A stretch of DNA of 63,538 nt, the filler included, from Craspedostauros australis (lineage: Eukaryota), in NCBI GenBank assembly GCA_030167865.1. It is 15 parts of 15 records of this genome, joined end to end, with 100 filler letters (N's around TTAATTAATTAA, not from the genome) between each part and the next. Parts side by side here need not be neighbours in the genome. Positions count along the whole stretch, not along the records: positions 61,036 to 63,538 come from JALAGF010006414.1; 14 more parts are not named here. One strand, 5' to 3'. Position 1 is the first letter of the stretch. The number at the start of each line of letters is the position of its first letter. The notes under the pieces were generated by a model, which saw only the letters and a list, made by a program, of their open reading frames with translations, searched no databases and was not told the origin of the DNA. Positions 61,036-63,538 of this stretch are shown here, one piece after another. A program made the position numbers and the translations under genes.

Positions 61036-63494
61036 ACCCACAGGTGTCGCTCTCCTGCATCGTCATCGTCTGAGTACAAGCGCATGCCTGCCGTCATTAC
61101 AGCGTTGCGGATGAGCTGTCGTTGCATGATCTCTGCAGTTGCCGTTAGTCGTGGAATCGCATCGTTTCTGAAGTTGATGCCCTGTCTGGTGAATTCCACG
61201 ATCGGCGCGAATACGATGTCGTATGGATAGACGACCTCTTCATTTGGATTGAATCGATCTTCTTCTACCGATCCATTGCTGCGATCTTCGTTGAAGATAC
61301 CCATTCTGTTGTTCCCCGCTGCTGGAGGAGGCGGCGCCTTGCTGCCATTCATCTCGTCTCCGGAGACGCTGTGGTTGTCTTGATCTGCGCCGTTCTTGTT
61401 GGTGTTGGCATCTTCTTCACTCATGGCCTCTTCGATGTCGCTATCGATGGCCTCGTTGTCCATCTCAGCTCCATCACCGTATGGACCAATCAGGTTGTTC
61501 GCGTTGAAGCAGCACTTGTAGCTCACGTCACGTCTTGGGTCCACCTCGTGGATGATGGGCTCCTCGCTGAGCCACTCTGGGACGATCTCATCGTCCACCA
61601 CTTCATCGTCACTCCCGACGTACTCGAAGTTATCGAAGAAGGAGTCTTCGATGTAGTCATTGGACACCAACATGCAGAGTGGCATGTCTTTTGCTGAGAG
61701 TACCATCTTGTGCCCGCTCTTGTCGTGTCCTTCATTTGCTGTGTTGGCCTGCTCGTCGGCCTTCTTCTTCTCATTGAACTTCTTCTTTCGGCACTCTGCC
61801 TTGCAGTGTCCAAAGATGCCACAGTAGTTGCACTTGCCCTTGAAGCCGCCTCCCTTGTTGCGGTTGTTGTTACACTTTCCATTCATTTTGTTGTTGTTTC
61901 ATTTCTTGTTGTTCGATTTCCTACACTCAGGGTAATCCGCAGATCTATGACCATACACACCACAGTTGTGGCAGATCCCCTTGAAGTTACCAGTGCTTGT
62001 GAAGCCGGTGTCGTTGCTCTTCGTATTGTTGTCTTGGAAATTGTCGATGTACGCCTTTCCTCCTTGATGAGTGGCGTATGCTGTGCGGAGTACTCCTCTG
62101 ATCGTGTTGATGGTGACTACATCTGGGTTGAACGTGAGTTGGTGATGAAAGTTCATGACGTGAGTTTTGTATTCGCTGCTCATCATGCTGAGGATCTGCA
62201 TGATCATTTCCTCGTTGGTGATCGTGTATCCAACATTGTGGAGACGCGAGCGTAAGAGCTCGAGTCGCGTGATGTAGACGTTGGGGTCCGTGTCTCTCTT
62301 CATCCTTTTGTTGTTGAATTGACGCTTGAGTTTGATCTTCGTGGCTGCGTCAGATGGCCGGAACTTTTCCGCAAGAACATTCCACGCTGCGTGTGGATTC
62401 CCCTCAGGGTAATCGGCGGAGATGCACTGATTGATGTATTGGATGGCCTGCTTGCCTTTTCCCTTCTCTGCATCCATCATGAGGATCAGATTGCTGAAGC
62501 NNNNNNNNNNNNNNNNNNNNNNNNNNNNNNNNNNNNNNNNNNNNNNNNNNAGGATCTGCATGATCATTTCCTCGTTGGTGATCGTGTATCCAACATTGTG
62601 GAGACGCGAGCGTAAGAGCTCGAGTCGCGTGATGTAGACGTTGGGGTCCGTGTCTCTCTTCATCCTTTTGTTGTTGAATTGACGCTTGAGTTTGATCTTC
62701 GTGGCTGCGTCAGATGGCCGGAACTTTTCCGCAAGAACNTTCCANGCTGCGTGTGGATTCCCCTCAGGGTAATNGNCGGAGATGCACTGATTGATGTATT
62801 GGATGGCCTGCTTGCCTTTTCCCTTCTCTGCATCCATCATGAGGATCAGATTGCTGAAGCAGTGAGCTGCCAGCTTGTGGGTCTCCTTCATTTCTTCCTT
62901 GTCTTCTCCCGTGGCGGCTCCGATCTCACTCATTGTTGGGATCTTTGTCTTGCCCAACATCACATCTCTTGTCTTCTGCGTATGTGCGTACACCGTTGCC
63001 TGGGACTCCCATGCGTTATTGTCTTCTTGGTCACCGCTGAATAATGGCACCTTGATGCGTCGCTTGTTCATGTTGGCTGATGTCGCCATGTTGCTTCGTT
63101 GTTTCATTGATGTTGCGCGCACGCTCGTGATTTCCATTTGTTTCTGTGTGGTCACTTTTTCGATTTTTGCTCGTGTTAGCGCGGAGATGTTTTTCGTCAC
63201 AGATTCTCCTCTCCGTGTCGTCTTATTTGTTCCACTCTGCTTGGCCATGCGAATGCTCTTCGTCACACCTGTCTCGTCTTCCTTGATGCCTGTGAAAATG
63301 CTCTTCTGCATGCAATGTTGTTGCATGAACTGTTCCTCTTCAATCTCGTTGATCGCGCTTCCTTCTGTGCTAGAGAGGACAGTGGACGCGCCCTCTTCCT
63401 TCTGTGGTTGAGGTGGAGTCTCACTTGCACCTTCTTCTTGCTTGATAGTTGGATTGGACAGAGGGATGTCTTTCAATTCCTCTTCCTTGCTCAT
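61036..63494 (-). pseudogene. Copia family A gag, second copy
   Basis: Starts MSKEEELKDIPLSNP; two CCHC-like knuckles; in-frame TGA at 61899-61901; internal duplication across the gap at 62501-62550. Confidence 0.88.
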
Positions 63495-63538
63495 TCAGCC
63501 TGCTGCTCTTGAATGATGTTGTCTTCCTTGCACAATCC

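Noticed and set aside
2156..62850. Apparent tandem duplications across ~50-N gaps (e.g. 2237, 8687, 24575, 32549, 33934, 37200, 41437, 48205, 51070, 62501)
   Set aside because: These are overlapping contig ends, haplotypes or paralogous TE copies stitched by the scaffolder, not evidence of real tandem repeats.

Overview
This is eukaryotic DNA, most likely a diatom; this is inferred from bipartite plastid-targeting signals, CoDi-type Ty1/copia elements and a GT-AG intron. It is not one locus: 15 short unplaced scaffolds are joined by an artificial 100-nt linker (44 N + TTAATTAATTAA + 44 N), and many internal ~50-N gaps have the same sequence on both sides. Adjacency across linkers is therefore meaningless. 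A large share of the sequence is fragmented and nested Ty1/copia LTR retrotransposon, with at least five LTR families. There is also a broken mariner-like transposase and a LINE remnant. Host genes: two partial STAND-type AAA ATPases, a Methyltransf_22/METTL24-like protein, an atypical SDR, an ankyrin-BTB protein and its pseudogenised paralog, a PGAP1-like alpha/beta hydrolase and a probable plastid/thylakoid protein. Best novelty candidates: (i) the ankyrin-BTB gene, whose exact 102-bp repeats vary mainly at the target-binding positions and show shuffling, suggesting a diversifying Cullin3-type recognition receptor; (ii) the STAND ATPases as NLR-like sensors; (iii) a 684-bp AGTT...AACT element with a 5-bp TSD inside a gag gene. 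Family assignments come from motif recognition by eye; no database searches were run.
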